Shown here: positions 17,869-29,015 of the stretch, one piece after another
How positions within the stretch are numbered: position 1 is the first letter of the stretch
Layout: each line of letters begins with the position of its first letter
The notes under the pieces: model-generated
What the model was told of the DNA's origin: nothing
Seen by the model: only the letters and a program-made list of their open reading frames with translations
Database searches by the model: none
NCBI GenBank assembly: GCA_937943625.1
Contig: CALEAD010000005.1
Location: forward strand, 12,630-76,629
Length of the DNA: 64,000 bases
Reading direction: 5' to 3'
DNA from: an uncultured Anaerolineae bacterium
GTDB taxonomy: Bacteria > Chloroflexota > Anaerolineae > Promineifilales > Promineifilaceae
Translations under genes and position numbers: made by a program

Positions 17869-19752
17869 GTGACTCACCTCCCGTTTCCTGCCCTGGTTGG
17901 TTTGGAACTGGCGCAGCAGGCGCTGCTGCTGCTGGCCGTTGAACCGCGCCTGCAAGGCGTGGCGCTGGTGGCTGCTGCGGGCACGGGCAAATCCAGCCTG
18001 GCGCGCGGCACGCGCCTGCTGCACGACGTGGGCACCCCTTATGTGGAAATTCCCACCGGCGTGGACGTGGAAAATTTACTGGGCGGGCTAAATCTGGAGG
18101 CCACGCTGCGCACAGGCAGTGTGGTGATGCAGCCTGGGGTGCTGGCCAGAGCGCATGGCGGTGTGGCCTATGTAGATGGGCTGAATTTGCTGACGGACGC
18201 CAGCGCCAATTTGCTGCTGGCAGCGCTGGAGGAGGGGGAGGTGCGCGTGGAGCGTGAGGGCATCAGCCTGACGTATCCGGCGCGCTTCAGCTTGATTGGC
18301 TCCTATGACCCGGCTGAAGGAACGCCGCGCCGCCACCTGCTAGACCGCATGGGGCTGATTGCGCCGCTGCTCGGTTGCTTTGATGTGCGCGAAAGAACGG
18401 CCGTTATCCGTCGCAACCTCCTCTCTATCACCGGCGCCTGGGACGAAGACCAGCGCTTTTTGCAAGGGTTGGTGCAAACGGCGCGCGAGCATTTGCCCCA
18501 CGTGACCATCAGCGAAGCGCAAATGGTGCAGCTAACGATGACGGCGCTGCTCTATGGCGTCGAAGGCCACCGCGTGGACCTATTTGCCGTGCGCGCCGCC
18601 TGTGCCGCTGCGGCGCTGGAGCTGCGCGACGAAGTGAACGATGAAGACCTGGCGCTGGCGGCGCGGCTGGTCATTTTGCCCCGCGCCACGCAAATTCCCA
18701 CGCCCCCGCCGCCCCCACCCGCGCCACCTGAACCAGAAGCAAACGAACCCGAATCCAGCGAAGAGGAGGGCGAAAGCGCGCCGCAGCAACTTTTGCCGCC
18801 GCCGGAGCAAATTTTAGAAGCGCTGGCCGGCCAGCTTCCCGCCGATCTGGAAGAACTCCCCTTTCACCATTTGCGGCGCGGCCGCAGCGGCTCGCGCGGC
18901 AGTACGGATGGCAAGCGTGGCCGGCACGTGCGCAGCATCCCCGGCGACCCGCGCCGCGCGCGCATTGACGTGGTGGCCACTTTGCGCGCCGCCGCTCCCT
19001 GGCAGCCTTTGCGCAGTGGCCGACTGGTGGGAACGAATGGTCATGGCGCCAACGGGGCGGGGTCTGCACACGAGCAGGGTAAAGTGAATGGTCACGTGGT
19101 GGATTTGCTAAAGCTGCCGGTGCCGAAGCCGGGCAACGGCCGTATCAAACTCCAGCTTTCCGATGTGCGCGTGAAGCAGTACCGCAGCAAGGCCGGCGCT
19201 CTCTTCTGTTTTGCCGTGGATGCCAGTGGCAGCATGGCGCTGCACCGCATGCGCCATGCCAAGGGGGCGGTGCACGCCTTGCTGGAAAAAGCATATGTCA
19301 ACCGCGACCGCGTGGCGCTGATCGCCTTTCGCGGTGAGCAGGCAGAGCTGCTGATGCCGCCGACGCAAAGCGTGGAACTGGCGCGGCGGGCGCTTGATTT
19401 GCTGCCGACGGGTGGGGGCACGCCGCTGGCTGCGGCGCTGCTGCTGGCTGACGACGTGGCGCAGCAGGCGCGGCGGCGCGGCATTTTGCAAACAGTGCTG
19501 ATCCTGCTCACAGATGGCCGTGCCAATGTTGGCCTGCATGGTCAGGAAAATGTGCAGGAAGAGCTACAGCGCCTGGGGCGCTACATTGCTAGCTCCCCAC
19601 TGCACGTGGTAGTGGTGGACACGCAGCGCAATTACCTCAGCCGCGGTGAAGCGCGCCAGCTTGCAGAATGGCTGGAGGCGCAGTATGCTTACCTGCCCAA
19701 TGCCAGTGGGGAAGAGATTGCCAGCCTGGCTGTGCAGACGACGGCCGTTTGA
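17869..19752 (+). CDS. bchD: Mg-chelatase subunit D
   Basis: N-terminal degenerate AAA module, a Pro-rich/acidic linker (PTPPPPPPAPPEPEANEPESSEEEGE) and a C-terminal vWA domain with MIDAS DASGSM. Confidence 0.85.
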   Translation: MTHLPFPALVGLELAQQALLLLAVEPRLQGVALVAAAGTGKSSLARGTRLLHDVGTPYVEIPTGVDVENLLGGLNLEATLRTGSVVMQPGVLARAHGGVAYVDGLNLLTDASANLLLAALEEGEVRVEREGISLTYPARFSLIGSYDPAEGTPRRHLLDRMGLIAPLLGCFDVRERTAVIRRNLLSITGAWDEDQRFLQGLVQTAREHLPHVTISEAQMVQLTMTALLYGVEGHRVDLFAVRAACAAAALELRDEVNDEDLALAARLVILPRATQIPTPPPPPPAPPEPEANEPESSEEEGESAPQQLLPPPEQILEALAGQLPADLEELPFHHLRRGRSGSRGSTDGKRGRHVRSIPGDPRRARIDVVATLRAAAPWQPLRSGRLVGTNGHGANGAGSAHEQGKVNGHVVDLLKLPVPKPGNGRIKLQLSDVRVKQYRSKAGALFCFAVDASGSMALHRMRHAKGAVHALLEKAYVNRDRVALIAFRGEQAELLMPPTQSVELARRALDLLPTGGGTPLAAALLLADDVAQQARRRGILQTVLILLTDGRANVGLHGQENVQEELQRLGRYIASSPLHVVVVDTQRNYLSRGEARQLAEWLEAQYAYLPNASGEEIASLAVQTTAV

Positions 19753-19764
19753 TGTACCTGACAA

Positions 19765-19873
19765 GATGACACATTTAAGAATTCACCGCAAGGCGCGCAA
19801 AGATCGCAAAGCATTTCTCTGGTATTTTCTTCGCGCTCTTTGCGCTCTTTGCGCTTAAATTAAGATGTGTCAT
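19765..19873. repeat. Nested imperfect palindrome of about 110 nt downstream of bchD
   Basis: Outer arms are GATGACACATTTAAG and CTTAAAT..TGTGTCAT. Inner arms are GCGCGCAAAGATCGCAAAGC and GCGCTCTTTGCGCTCTTTGCGC, giving a stem of about 17 bp with one mismatch. Confidence 0.6.
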
Positions 19874-19890
19874 TCAACCAGAGGTAGTAT

Positions 19891-21432
19891 GTGCAAAGGA
19901 AAGACGCTATGATGACAAATGCAGGCGTAGATGCGCCAACGGCCGTTTCCGCTTACGCCCCGGAAAATTTTTCCACCGCTTACGCACAATTTTGTCAGCA
20001 CTATCCCACCTGCGCGCGCACAAGCCATCTGGATGCACTGCGCCGCAGCGATTACCGCCGCCTGGATGAGCAGCAGCACATCTACCTGGACTACACGGGT
20101 GGGGGGCTGTATGGGGAATCGCAGCTAGACCAGCATTTTGCCCTGCTGCGTCGTAACGTGTTTGGCAATCCCCATTCTGCCAACCCCACTTCCCTGGCCA
20201 TGACGGAACTGGTGGAGGAAACGCGCCGCTTTATTCTCGATTACTTTAACGCGGCGGCCAATTATATTGCCGTCTTCACAGCCAATGCCAGCGGCGCACT
20301 CAAGCATGTCGGGGAATCTTATCCATTTCGCCCCGGTGGCCGCTACCTGCTGACGTTTGACAATCATAACTCCGTCAATGGCATTCGCGAATTTGCCCGC
20401 AGTCGCGGCGCCACATTCACCTACGCGCCGCTGACTGTGCCTGATTTGCGCATAGACCGGAAGCGCCTGGAGGAGCTATTTGACGCAATTGACCCGGCGC
20501 ATCCGCACCTGTTTGCCTTTCCGGCGCAGTCTAACTTTTCCGGCGTCAAGCATCCGCTGGAGTACGTGGAGCTGGCACAGCGCCGGGGCTGGGATGTGCT
20601 GCTGGATGCGGCGGCCTTTGTGCCTACAAATCGGCTCGATTTAACGGCCGTACAGCCCGACTTTGTCTCCCTCTCCTTCTACAAAATGTTTGGCTACCCA
20701 ACCGGGATTGGCGCGCTGCTCATTCACAAACGCGCTTGTGCCAAACTAAAACGGCCGTGGTTTGCCGGTGGCACGGTGAATTTTGCCAGTGTGCAGGGTG
20801 AGGGGCACTACCTGGCTGCCAACGAGGCTGCCTTTGAAGATGGCACAATTGATTACCTGAACATTCCTGCGGTGAAAATAGGGCTGGTGCATTTGCAGAA
20901 AATTGGCATCGAGACAATTGGCGAGCGCGTGCGCTGCCTGACGGACTGGTTGTTGCAAAATCTTTATGCCCTGCGCCACAGCAACGGCCGTCCGCTGGTG
21001 CGCCTCTACGGTCCCATTACCACCGAGATGCGCGGCGGAACCATTGCCTTTAACCTGTACGATCCAGAGGGCAGGCTGCTCGATTACCGGCGTGTGGAAG
21101 AGCTGGCCAATCAGGCGCGCATCTCACTGCGCACCGGCTGTTTTTGCAACCCCGGCGCCGGCGAAGCGGCCGAGGGGCTGACGGCCGAAGACATGCGCTA
21201 TGGTCTGCAAAACGGCGCCGACATCAACTTGCCCCGCTTTTTGCAAATCATTCAGCATCGTGGCAACAAGAGCGCAGGCGCTATTCGCGTTTCGGTGGGG
21301 TTGGTCACTAATTTTGCCGACGTATACCGCCTGATGCACTTTATTACCGGCTTCCGCGACCAGACAAATCTCAATATCGGTCAGGTGACGTTTGACATTG
21401 AAGGCTGCCGCATCATTCGTGATGGCAGCTAG
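19891..21432 (+). CDS. Class-V PLP-dependent enzyme (NifS/MOCOS-N-terminal-like)
   Basis: 513 aa. The SLSFYKMFGYPTGIGALLI PLP-lysine motif and N-terminal DYTGGGLY...FGNPHS match molybdenum-cofactor-sulfurase-like aminotransferase class V. GAGG 6 nt upstream of GTG 19891. Confidence 0.6.
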   Translation: MQRKDAMMTNAGVDAPTAVSAYAPENFSTAYAQFCQHYPTCARTSHLDALRRSDYRRLDEQQHIYLDYTGGGLYGESQLDQHFALLRRNVFGNPHSANPTSLAMTELVEETRRFILDYFNAAANYIAVFTANASGALKHVGESYPFRPGGRYLLTFDNHNSVNGIREFARSRGATFTYAPLTVPDLRIDRKRLEELFDAIDPAHPHLFAFPAQSNFSGVKHPLEYVELAQRRGWDVLLDAAAFVPTNRLDLTAVQPDFVSLSFYKMFGYPTGIGALLIHKRACAKLKRPWFAGGTVNFASVQGEGHYLAANEAAFEDGTIDYLNIPAVKIGLVHLQKIGIETIGERVRCLTDWLLQNLYALRHSNGRPLVRLYGPITTEMRGGTIAFNLYDPEGRLLDYRRVEELANQARISLRTGCFCNPGAGEAAEGLTAEDMRYGLQNGADINLPRFLQIIQHRGNKSAGAIRVSVGLVTNFADVYRLMHFITGFRDQTNLNIGQVTFDIEGCRIIRDGS

Positions 21433-21535
21433 GCGTGTCAGGGATTAGCGATGAGCGCTTAGAAATCGTTTGCTCCCAATCCTCTATTTCTAATCCCTCA
21501 ATTTCCAGCCTCCAAATTCTAATTCCCAATCTTTT

Positions 21536-21958
21536 ATGACCCCAATCCTCTTCCTGATTTTGGCAACCATATTGTGGGGTGTATGGGGCATTGCCGACAA
21601 GTATGCCGTCACCCATGCGCACCCGTTTACCGTACAGTGGATGTATACCGTTCCCTTCATCCTCACGCTGCCGCTCTGGTATTGGCTGGGGCGTAACGCG
21701 CAGCCAGAGACAAATCACAACCCCACGGCGCTGGCGTGGGCCGGGCTGGCGGGTGTGGCGTCACTGCTGGCGCTGCTGCTGCTTTTGTTTGCCATGCAGC
21801 GCCAGCCCGCTTCGCTGGCAGTGGCCTTCACCTCGGCTTACCCGCTGGTCACGTTGCTGCTGGCAGTAGTGCTTGGCGCAGAGAAGGTAACTGTGTACAA
21901 GGTGGGGGGGATTGGCCTGATTGTGGCCGGGCTTTTGCTGTTGCAGGCAGGGGAATAG
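21536..21958 (+). CDS. Small EamA-like (DMT superfamily) membrane protein
   Basis: 140 aa with 4-5 TM segments. ILWGVWGIADKYA is an EamA-type N-terminus. Confidence 0.55.
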   Translation: MTPILFLILATILWGVWGIADKYAVTHAHPFTVQWMYTVPFILTLPLWYWLGRNAQPETNHNPTALAWAGLAGVASLLALLLLLFAMQRQPASLAVAFTSAYPLVTLLLAVVLGAEKVTVYKVGGIGLIVAGLLLLQAGE

Positions 21959-22032
21959 GGTTGACCGCGGACCGTAACGGTTGGGTGCCGGCCACCATTC
22001 GCGGTCTGCGGTCTGCCGTCTACCTCCTGTCA

Positions 22033-23799
22033 CTAACGAAAGTCCCAACCAAAGTCTAGATTGAGGCGTTCGGTGCCTGCTTGCAGCACCACGCCCCAGC
22101 GCCCCACGCCAGGGGCAGGGTAAGACCAATCCCCAGGAATGAGTAGATTGAGGTTGGCGGGATCAAAGGCGTTGATAGAAACACAGTAAGTGCCCGCGTC
22201 TAGCCGCTCAAAACGGTAACGGCCGTCGGCATTGGTGGTGGCCGTAGCCAAAACGTCTGCCGGGGGAATGACGCCATCGGCCGGGCAGGCGCCGCGGCTG
22301 AGGGTGACAACGATGTTGGGCAGGGGAGATTCGTTGCGGTCGTAGGTGCCATTGGCAATGAAGATGCCGCTGTTTTCGCCGCGTTCGATGCAGCCCGCCG
22401 AGGGGTTGCCGTTGCTGAGAATAAAGCAAATATCATCCCACACTACGCCCCCCAACACGGCCGAATTGGGTGCAGGAGTGGCGCTGGCGCTGGCATTTGG
22501 GTCTACGATGATGCGCGTGTAAACGGCATCCTCGATAAAGCCGCCCACACCGAAGCGTTCGCCTGCGGCATTGGCAAGCTGCCAGTTGCTGCGGTACGTG
22601 CCCGCCTGCGTGGGCGCAATCAGAATCACGCTGATGTCCAGCGGTTGACCGGGCGCAATCGGTTCGCTAAGCGCTACCTCTGTTTGCCCACCCATCACTG
22701 GCGGATCGTCTACTGTGACCAGCTTATATTCGGTTGTCCAGGGGCAGGTTCCCGTGTTGAGCAGTCGCCACTGTTTCACAAATTCTGTGCCGGGGGCAAA
22801 TACGGTGTCATCGGGCACGGTCAGGTCGGCCACAAAGGCGTAGTTGTTGATGCAGGTGGCGGGGTCTACTTCTGGCAACGGCCGGAATTGATAATCCCAG
22901 CCAAAGTTGGTGTTACGAATTGCGCCGCTTTCGCCCAGCACAAGGGTGACGCTGCTGACGTCAACGGCCGGGAAGGTCCAGCTCCCCGGCGCAAGCAGGC
23001 TGAGATTGGGGTCTGTGAGGGCATCTACGGAAACGCAGTATTCGCCAGCAGGCAGATTCGCGAAGGTGTAGTTGCCATTGGCGTCGGTGGTGGTGGTTGC
23101 CAGCCCGACGGCAGGGCAGCTTCCCGCACCCAGGCTGACAATGACGCCAGCAATGCCCGGCTCGTTGGCCTCGAGCGTGCCGTTAGCGCGGAAGCCACCG
23201 CCGGGCAGCGCCAGGCAGCCCACAGGTGCGGGGGTGTCCGCAGGGGCAGCCGGGCCGGGGTCGGCGCAGAGGTCGTGCCACACGGTACCGCTGATGCTGG
23301 CATTGGCGGCGGGGGTGGGGGTGGGAGTAGGCTCCAGGCGGTTGGGGATGTCCAGGGTGAAGGTGGCAGTACGGCCGTTGACCGAAACGGTATAAGTGCC
23401 GGCATCCAGCCCCGCCACTTGTAGGGGAATGGTCTGGCTAAAGGGTACAACGGCCAGGGTGCAAACGGCATCGCCGGGGCGGATTGTGCCCACAGCCACG
23501 CGGAACGTGTTGCCGCTTAGCTGCTGGATAACTTCGTCAATTTGCGTGCAGCCGTCGGGCAATTCGCCGCGCGCAATCACGTTTACCTGCACGGGGAAGC
23601 TCTGCGAGATTTGCAGCTCAATGCTGTCTACAACCGCCTGTCCACGAATCGTCTCGCCGCTGGGAACGGCCGTTGGCGTGGGCAGCGCCGGCGTACTCGT
23701 GGGCGGAACTGGGGTAGGGGAAGTTTCTGGTTCGCTGCGGCAAGCTACCAGCAGCCAAACCAGAATCAAGAGGATCAGAGTTGTAGCTTTGGGTTTCAT
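22033..23799 (-). CDS. Secreted lipoprotein with SdrD-B-like and NBR1/FW-like Ig domains
   Basis: ATG 23799 is preceded by AAGGA. Signal peptide plus lipobox LLVAC. Two NGNYTF..L.AG.YCVS repeats (SdrD B-like) and VPDDTVFAPGTEFVKQWRLLNTGTCPW (NBR1-like). The track ORF extends to 23943. Confidence 0.6.
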   Translation of the reverse strand: MKPKATTLILLILVWLLVACRSEPETSPTPVPPTSTPALPTPTAVPSGETIRGQAVVDSIELQISQSFPVQVNVIARGELPDGCTQIDEVIQQLSGNTFRVAVGTIRPGDAVCTLAVVPFSQTIPLQVAGLDAGTYTVSVNGRTATFTLDIPNRLEPTPTPTPAANASISGTVWHDLCADPGPAAPADTPAPVGCLALPGGGFRANGTLEANEPGIAGVIVSLGAGSCPAVGLATTTTDANGNYTFANLPAGEYCVSVDALTDPNLSLLAPGSWTFPAVDVSSVTLVLGESGAIRNTNFGWDYQFRPLPEVDPATCINNYAFVADLTVPDDTVFAPGTEFVKQWRLLNTGTCPWTTEYKLVTVDDPPVMGGQTEVALSEPIAPGQPLDISVILIAPTQAGTYRSNWQLANAAGERFGVGGFIEDAVYTRIIVDPNASASATPAPNSAVLGGVVWDDICFILSNGNPSAGCIERGENSGIFIANGTYDRNESPLPNIVVTLSRGACPADGVIPPADVLATATTNADGRYRFERLDAGTYCVSINAFDPANLNLLIPGDWSYPAPGVGRWGVVLQAGTERLNLDFGWDFR

Positions 23800-23860
23800 G
23801 GTATTGTCCTTTTCAGAAGGTGGGTGCTTGAGCATATCACATTCTGGCGCATGGGGCGCG

Positions 23861-24904
23861 CTAACTGAGCAAATAGGCGGCGATGAGGCGGGCGGTATGT
23901 TCCAGGCTGTCGCGATGGGTGCGCTCGTAGTGGTGCGAGGCATCTACACCGGGGCCAATGAGCGCGACGCGCACATTGCCGCCGGCGCGCCAGTAAGATT
24001 CGCCGTCAGAGCCGTAGTAGGGGTAAACGTCTGTGTGATAGGGGATTTGATGGGCGGTGGCCAATGTTTCTAGCTCGCGGCGAAAGCCGAGGTGATACGG
24101 CCCGGCGTTGTCTTTGGCGCAGATGGTGACGGTGTATTCGTCGGAGGTTTGCCTGGGGGCGACAACGGCCATGTCTATGGTGAGCAGGTCGTGCAGGTTG
24201 GCGGGAAAGCCGGCAGCGGCGCCGTGCCCGACTTCTTCGTAGTTGCTGATGTGGATGGTGGTGTCCTGACGGGGGCGCAACCCGGCCTGCACCAGGGCGT
24301 CTATGGCGCCGTAGATAGTGGCTACGCTGGCTTTGTCATCCAGGTGGCGAGAGCGGATGAAGCCGGTGTCGGTTTCTTCGACGCGCGGGTCGAAGGCAAT
24401 GATGTCGCCGACGCGAATGCCGAGGGCCTCGGTCTCGGCGCGGGAGCGGGTGCGGGCGTCTATGCGCACTTCCATGTTGCTGTCGTTGCGCTCCTCGTTG
24501 CGCTCTTTGGCGGTATGAGCATGAATGGAGGCGGTGGTCGACAGGATGGTTGCGCGGTAGGTACGGCCGTTGCTGGCAAAAATTGTTACTCCTTCTCCTT
24601 CCACCGAAGTCCACGACCAGCCACCTAGTTGTGTCATGCGCAAACGGCCGTTGTCCTTAATCTCGCGCACCATTGCCCCGAGCGTGTCTACGTGTGCCGT
24701 TAGCGCGCGCGGGCGTGTCGCCTCTTCCCCGGTCCACGTGCCCACCAAAAAACCCTTTGGCGCAACGGTCAGCGTAAAAGGGAAGGGCGCGAACGCCTGC
24801 TGCACGTATGCAATGGCGCGGTCGGTGTCTCCCGTCGGGCTGGGGGTGTTTAGCAACCCTTTCAGAAAGCCAACCATCTTGTCTACGTTAATCGTTATAT
24901 CCAT
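23861..24904 (-). CDS. M42-family metallo-aminopeptidase
   Basis: FrvX/M42-like sequence across the whole length. GAGGA 8 nt upstream of ATG 24904. Confidence 0.7.
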   Translation of the reverse strand: MDITINVDKMVGFLKGLLNTPSPTGDTDRAIAYVQQAFAPFPFTLTVAPKGFLVGTWTGEEATRPRALTAHVDTLGAMVREIKDNGRLRMTQLGGWSWTSVEGEGVTIFASNGRTYRATILSTTASIHAHTAKERNEERNDSNMEVRIDARTRSRAETEALGIRVGDIIAFDPRVEETDTGFIRSRHLDDKASVATIYGAIDALVQAGLRPRQDTTIHISNYEEVGHGAAAGFPANLHDLLTIDMAVVAPRQTSDEYTVTICAKDNAGPYHLGFRRELETLATAHQIPYHTDVYPYYGSDGESYWRAGGNVRVALIGPGVDASHHYERTHRDSLEHTARLIAAYLLS

Positions 24905-24948
24905 CACCAATCCTCGCGTTTCACGTTTCATGCCTGATGTTACATACT

Positions 24949-25722
24949 TCAGGCGCTACGTACCACATCCATCACGGCTGTAAACAGCGCACCGTTGGTG
25001 GCAATACTCTCGCCAGCGTGAATCGTCGGACGGCCGTGCCAGTCTGTAAACGTGCCACCCGCTTCTTCCAGGATTAATTGCAGTGGCGCCGTATCCCACA
25101 GCGCCATAATCGGGTCTACCATGATCTCGGCGCGACCGGTGGCAACCAGGCTATAGCCATAGGCGTCGCCCCAGGTGCGCTGAATGTAGGTGGCGGCTAC
25201 CAGCCGCTGCCAGGCCTCCGCTTTGCCAGGGTGGGGGGCGTAATTGATGTCGCTGCTGAGCAGCACAGCGTCTTGTAGCTGGCTGACCTGGGAGACGTGT
25301 GCGCGACGGCCGTTCCAATAACAGCCGCCTCCGCGCAGCGCATACACCGCTTCATTCAGCGCGGGAAAGTGCGCCACGCCCACCAGCGCCTCGGCGCCAT
25401 CCGTCAGCGCCAGCAGCGTGGCGTAAATGGGCACACCGCTGACAAAGGATTTGGTGCCGTCAATTGGGTCCAATATCCAGGTATAGGGGGAGTCTTGCGC
25501 CGGGGAACGGCCGTATTCTTCGCCGATGATGCCGTGCGCGGGCCAGTAACGGCCGATCAGCTCACGCAGCTTTTGTTCCGCCTGCCGGTCAGCGGTCGTT
25601 ACGGGTGTATTGTCCGCCTTGCGTTCGGCCGTTATGCCGCTCTGAAAGTAACCCAGGGTAATGCGCCCGGCCTGCCAGACGGCATCCAGGGCAAATTCGA
25701 GAAAGGTTTGTGGGGTGCTCAT
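24949..25722 (-). CDS. Inositol-monophosphatase-family phosphatase (possibly histidinol-phosphatase type)
   Basis: GEE..., WILDPIDGTKSF and WD motifs of the IMPase fold. AAGGAG lies upstream of ATG 25722. Confidence 0.7.
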   Translation of the reverse strand: MSTPQTFLEFALDAVWQAGRITLGYFQSGITAERKADNTPVTTADRQAEQKLRELIGRYWPAHGIIGEEYGRSPAQDSPYTWILDPIDGTKSFVSGVPIYATLLALTDGAEALVGVAHFPALNEAVYALRGGGCYWNGRRAHVSQVSQLQDAVLLSSDINYAPHPGKAEAWQRLVAATYIQRTWGDAYGYSLVATGRAEIMVDPIMALWDTAPLQLILEEAGGTFTDWHGRPTIHAGESIATNGALFTAVMDVVRSA

Positions 25723-25799
25723 GGGATTTGCGACTCCTTCGTAAATGACCGCTGACCGCAGACGGCAAGTGTAGCCCAGGTTGCCAAACCTGGTACTTG

Positions 25800-25925
25800 C
25801 TGCTGTGAACATGACCGCCAACCGCCGACGGCCAACTCATTCGTTTATTCGCCCCATTCGTTGCCTGCGCTTCTCATTCACAGTGGGGGGCTGCCGCCCA
25901 TGAACGCTTTCTTGCAGACAGACAT
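25800..25925 (-). repeat. Composite spacer repeat, copy D (reverse orientation)
   Basis: The reverse complement reads TTCATGGGCGGCAGCCCCCCACTGTGAATGAGAAGCGCAGGCAACGAATGGGGCGAATAAACGAATGAG, then GGCCGTC GGCGGTT GGCGGTC. This matches the second half of copy C and points toward the IMPase-family gene start. Confidence 0.6.
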
Positions 25926-25999
25926 AAGAGAATAGAGAGTGGCGACTAGAGATTGTTGCTGGTCAATCCCTGGTCGCCAATCTCCAGCTTTCGCGTTCG

Positions 26000-26623
26000 C
26001 TAACGAAAACAGCCAAACAGCGTCAGGCTGAGCACGCTGCCTGCGCCCAGCAGCAGCCCGGCCACTACCTGCATTGGCGTGTGTCGCTTGAGATAGAGGC
26101 GCACCCAGCTTACGCTAACCACAAAGGGTAACACAAATAGGCTGGCCGTCCAGCCAAATACCAGCCAGACAATGGTCATTGTGGCCATAATACCGGTTGC
26201 ATGAATGCTGATCAGCCAAAAGAGGTTAATCAGTGCCAGGGCTGCCAATTCTACCACGTTGAATACCAGCAGACAGCGCAGCAGCTCCGGCCCATTGAAC
26301 AGGTGAACCAAAGCCAGCCCGAGCAGCGCGCAGCTAATGGCAATGGCATACGGCAGGTGACGCTCGCTGGTGTTGCTCATGTGCAGTTCGCTGATGTGGC
26401 CGGTGCGCAGCAAATACAACACGGCGGCGATGGGGGTAGCAGAAACAAGCAGCATATAGCCTGCTGCCCAACCCAGGCCGTTCCAAAACGGCCGTTCTGC
26501 CAAAGCCAGCGCCACCCCCAATGAGGAAAACATTACCGGCGGGCTGATGATATTCGAATAAACACGCGCTGCTTTGACCTTGCCCACGCGGTCATGCAGC
26601 AATTCATCCAGTGGACGCTTCAT
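26000..26623 (-). CDS. Polytopic membrane protein, function unknown
   Basis: About 207 aa with 6 hydrophobic segments. No motif recognised. Confidence 0.45.
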   Translation of the reverse strand: MKRPLDELLHDRVGKVKAARVYSNIISPPVMFSSLGVALALAERPFWNGLGWAAGYMLLVSATPIAAVLYLLRTGHISELHMSNTSERHLPYAIAISCALLGLALVHLFNGPELLRCLLVFNVVELAALALINLFWLISIHATGIMATMTIVWLVFGWTASLFVLPFVVSVSWVRLYLKRHTPMQVVAGLLLGAGSVLSLTLFGCFR

Positions 26624-26678
26624 AAAGTAGGTGGCAGGTGGCAAGGGGCAAAGCCAGAATTGCCTTGCCCCTTGCTTC

Positions 26679-27953
<1,275 letters not shown>

Positions 27954-27958
27954 TTAAT

Positions 27959-28052
27959 GGTTTGTTGGTTTGATGGTTTGATGGTTTGATGGTTTGTTGG
28001 TTTGATGGTTTGTTGTGTCAACCAACCAACCAACCCAACCAACTCAACCAAC
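27959..28052. repeat. Octamer array (GGTTTGWT x7) facing a complementary CAACCAAC tract (long imperfect hairpin)
   Basis: 27959-28014 holds seven GGTTTGTT/GGTTTGAT units. 28021-28052 reads ACCAACCAACCAACCCAACCAACTCAACCAAC. It lies between the kinase stop and the ahcY start. Similar GGTTGGTT/AACCAACC hairpins are at 2957-2995, 44715-44775, 55325-55372 and 61571-61598. Confidence 0.85.
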
Positions 28053-29015
28053 TTCTAGCAATATATCCAGCGCGCCATCATCGTCAAAGTGGCTGCGATA
28101 CCGCGCCACAAATTCTGCCGGCGTGAAGAAATGATTTTGCGTGCCCACCTGCTCCAGCACATAGGTGGCGGCGACTGCCCCCATGCGCCCGCAGACGTCC
28201 CAGGGCAGGTCTAGCTGCATCCCGCGCATCAGCGCCGCGCGGAATGCGTCGCCAACGCCGGTAGGCTCAACGACGGTGTGAGGGGGCACGACCGGTATCA
28301 GGTACTCTGTGCCATTTACCAGCAAGCGTGATCCTTTGGCCCCTTTGGTGACCAGTAAGCCACCTATTTTAGCGCAAAGTTGCGCCTCATTCAGCCCGGT
28401 GCGCTCCTGGATGAGGCTGTACTCATACTCGTTGACAGTTAGCAGCGCGCACCCTTCCAGCCCGGCGCGCAGCTCTTCTCCAGAGAGGCGCACTGTTTGT
28501 TGGCTGGGGTCGTAGATGAAGGGAATGCCAAGCTGGCGACACTCGGTGGCATAATTTTTCATCGCGCCTGGGTCGTTGGGGGAGATAATGGTCAGATCGG
28601 CGTCGGGGGCGTATTGGGCAAAGGTTAGCTCTGCCGCGCGCGCCATCGCGCCGGTGTAAAAGCTGGCAATCTGATTGTGATCCAGGTCGGTGTTGACAAA
28701 GAAGGAGGCGGTGTACTCGTCGGCAATCTCAACAATGGCGGAGGTGTCTACGCCGTGTTGTTCCAGCCAGGCGCGGTAGTCGCCAAAGTCTTGCCCGGCG
28801 GTTGCCATGACCTTAGGCCGCCCGCCAAGCAGAGCCAGGGTGTAGGCGATGTTGGGGGCCGTGCCGCCGCGCTGGCGCTTGAGCGTATCTACCAAAAAGC
28901 TGAGGCTGACATTTTCCAGGTGATCGCTCAGCAACATTTCGCGGAAACGGCCGGGAAATGACATCAGATAATCGTAGGCAATGGAGCCGGTGATGACAAT
29001 GTTTTTTGTGGTCAT
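28044..29015 (-). CDS. PfkB-family kinase, adenosine-kinase-like
   Basis: N-terminal GSIAYD and C-terminal PTGVGDAFRAA PfkB signatures. Directly upstream of ahcY, consistent with adenosine salvage. Confidence 0.7.
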   Translation of the reverse strand: MTTKNIVITGSIAYDYLMSFPGRFREMLLSDHLENVSLSFLVDTLKRQRGGTAPNIAYTLALLGGRPKVMATAGQDFGDYRAWLEQHGVDTSAIVEIADEYTASFFVNTDLDHNQIASFYTGAMARAAELTFAQYAPDADLTIISPNDPGAMKNYATECRQLGIPFIYDPSQQTVRLSGEELRAGLEGCALLTVNEYEYSLIQERTGLNEAQLCAKIGGLLVTKGAKGSRLLVNGTEYLIPVVPPHTVVEPTGVGDAFRAALMRGMQLDLPWDVCGRMGAVAATYVLEQVGTQNHFFTPAEFVARYRSHFDDDGALDILLEVG

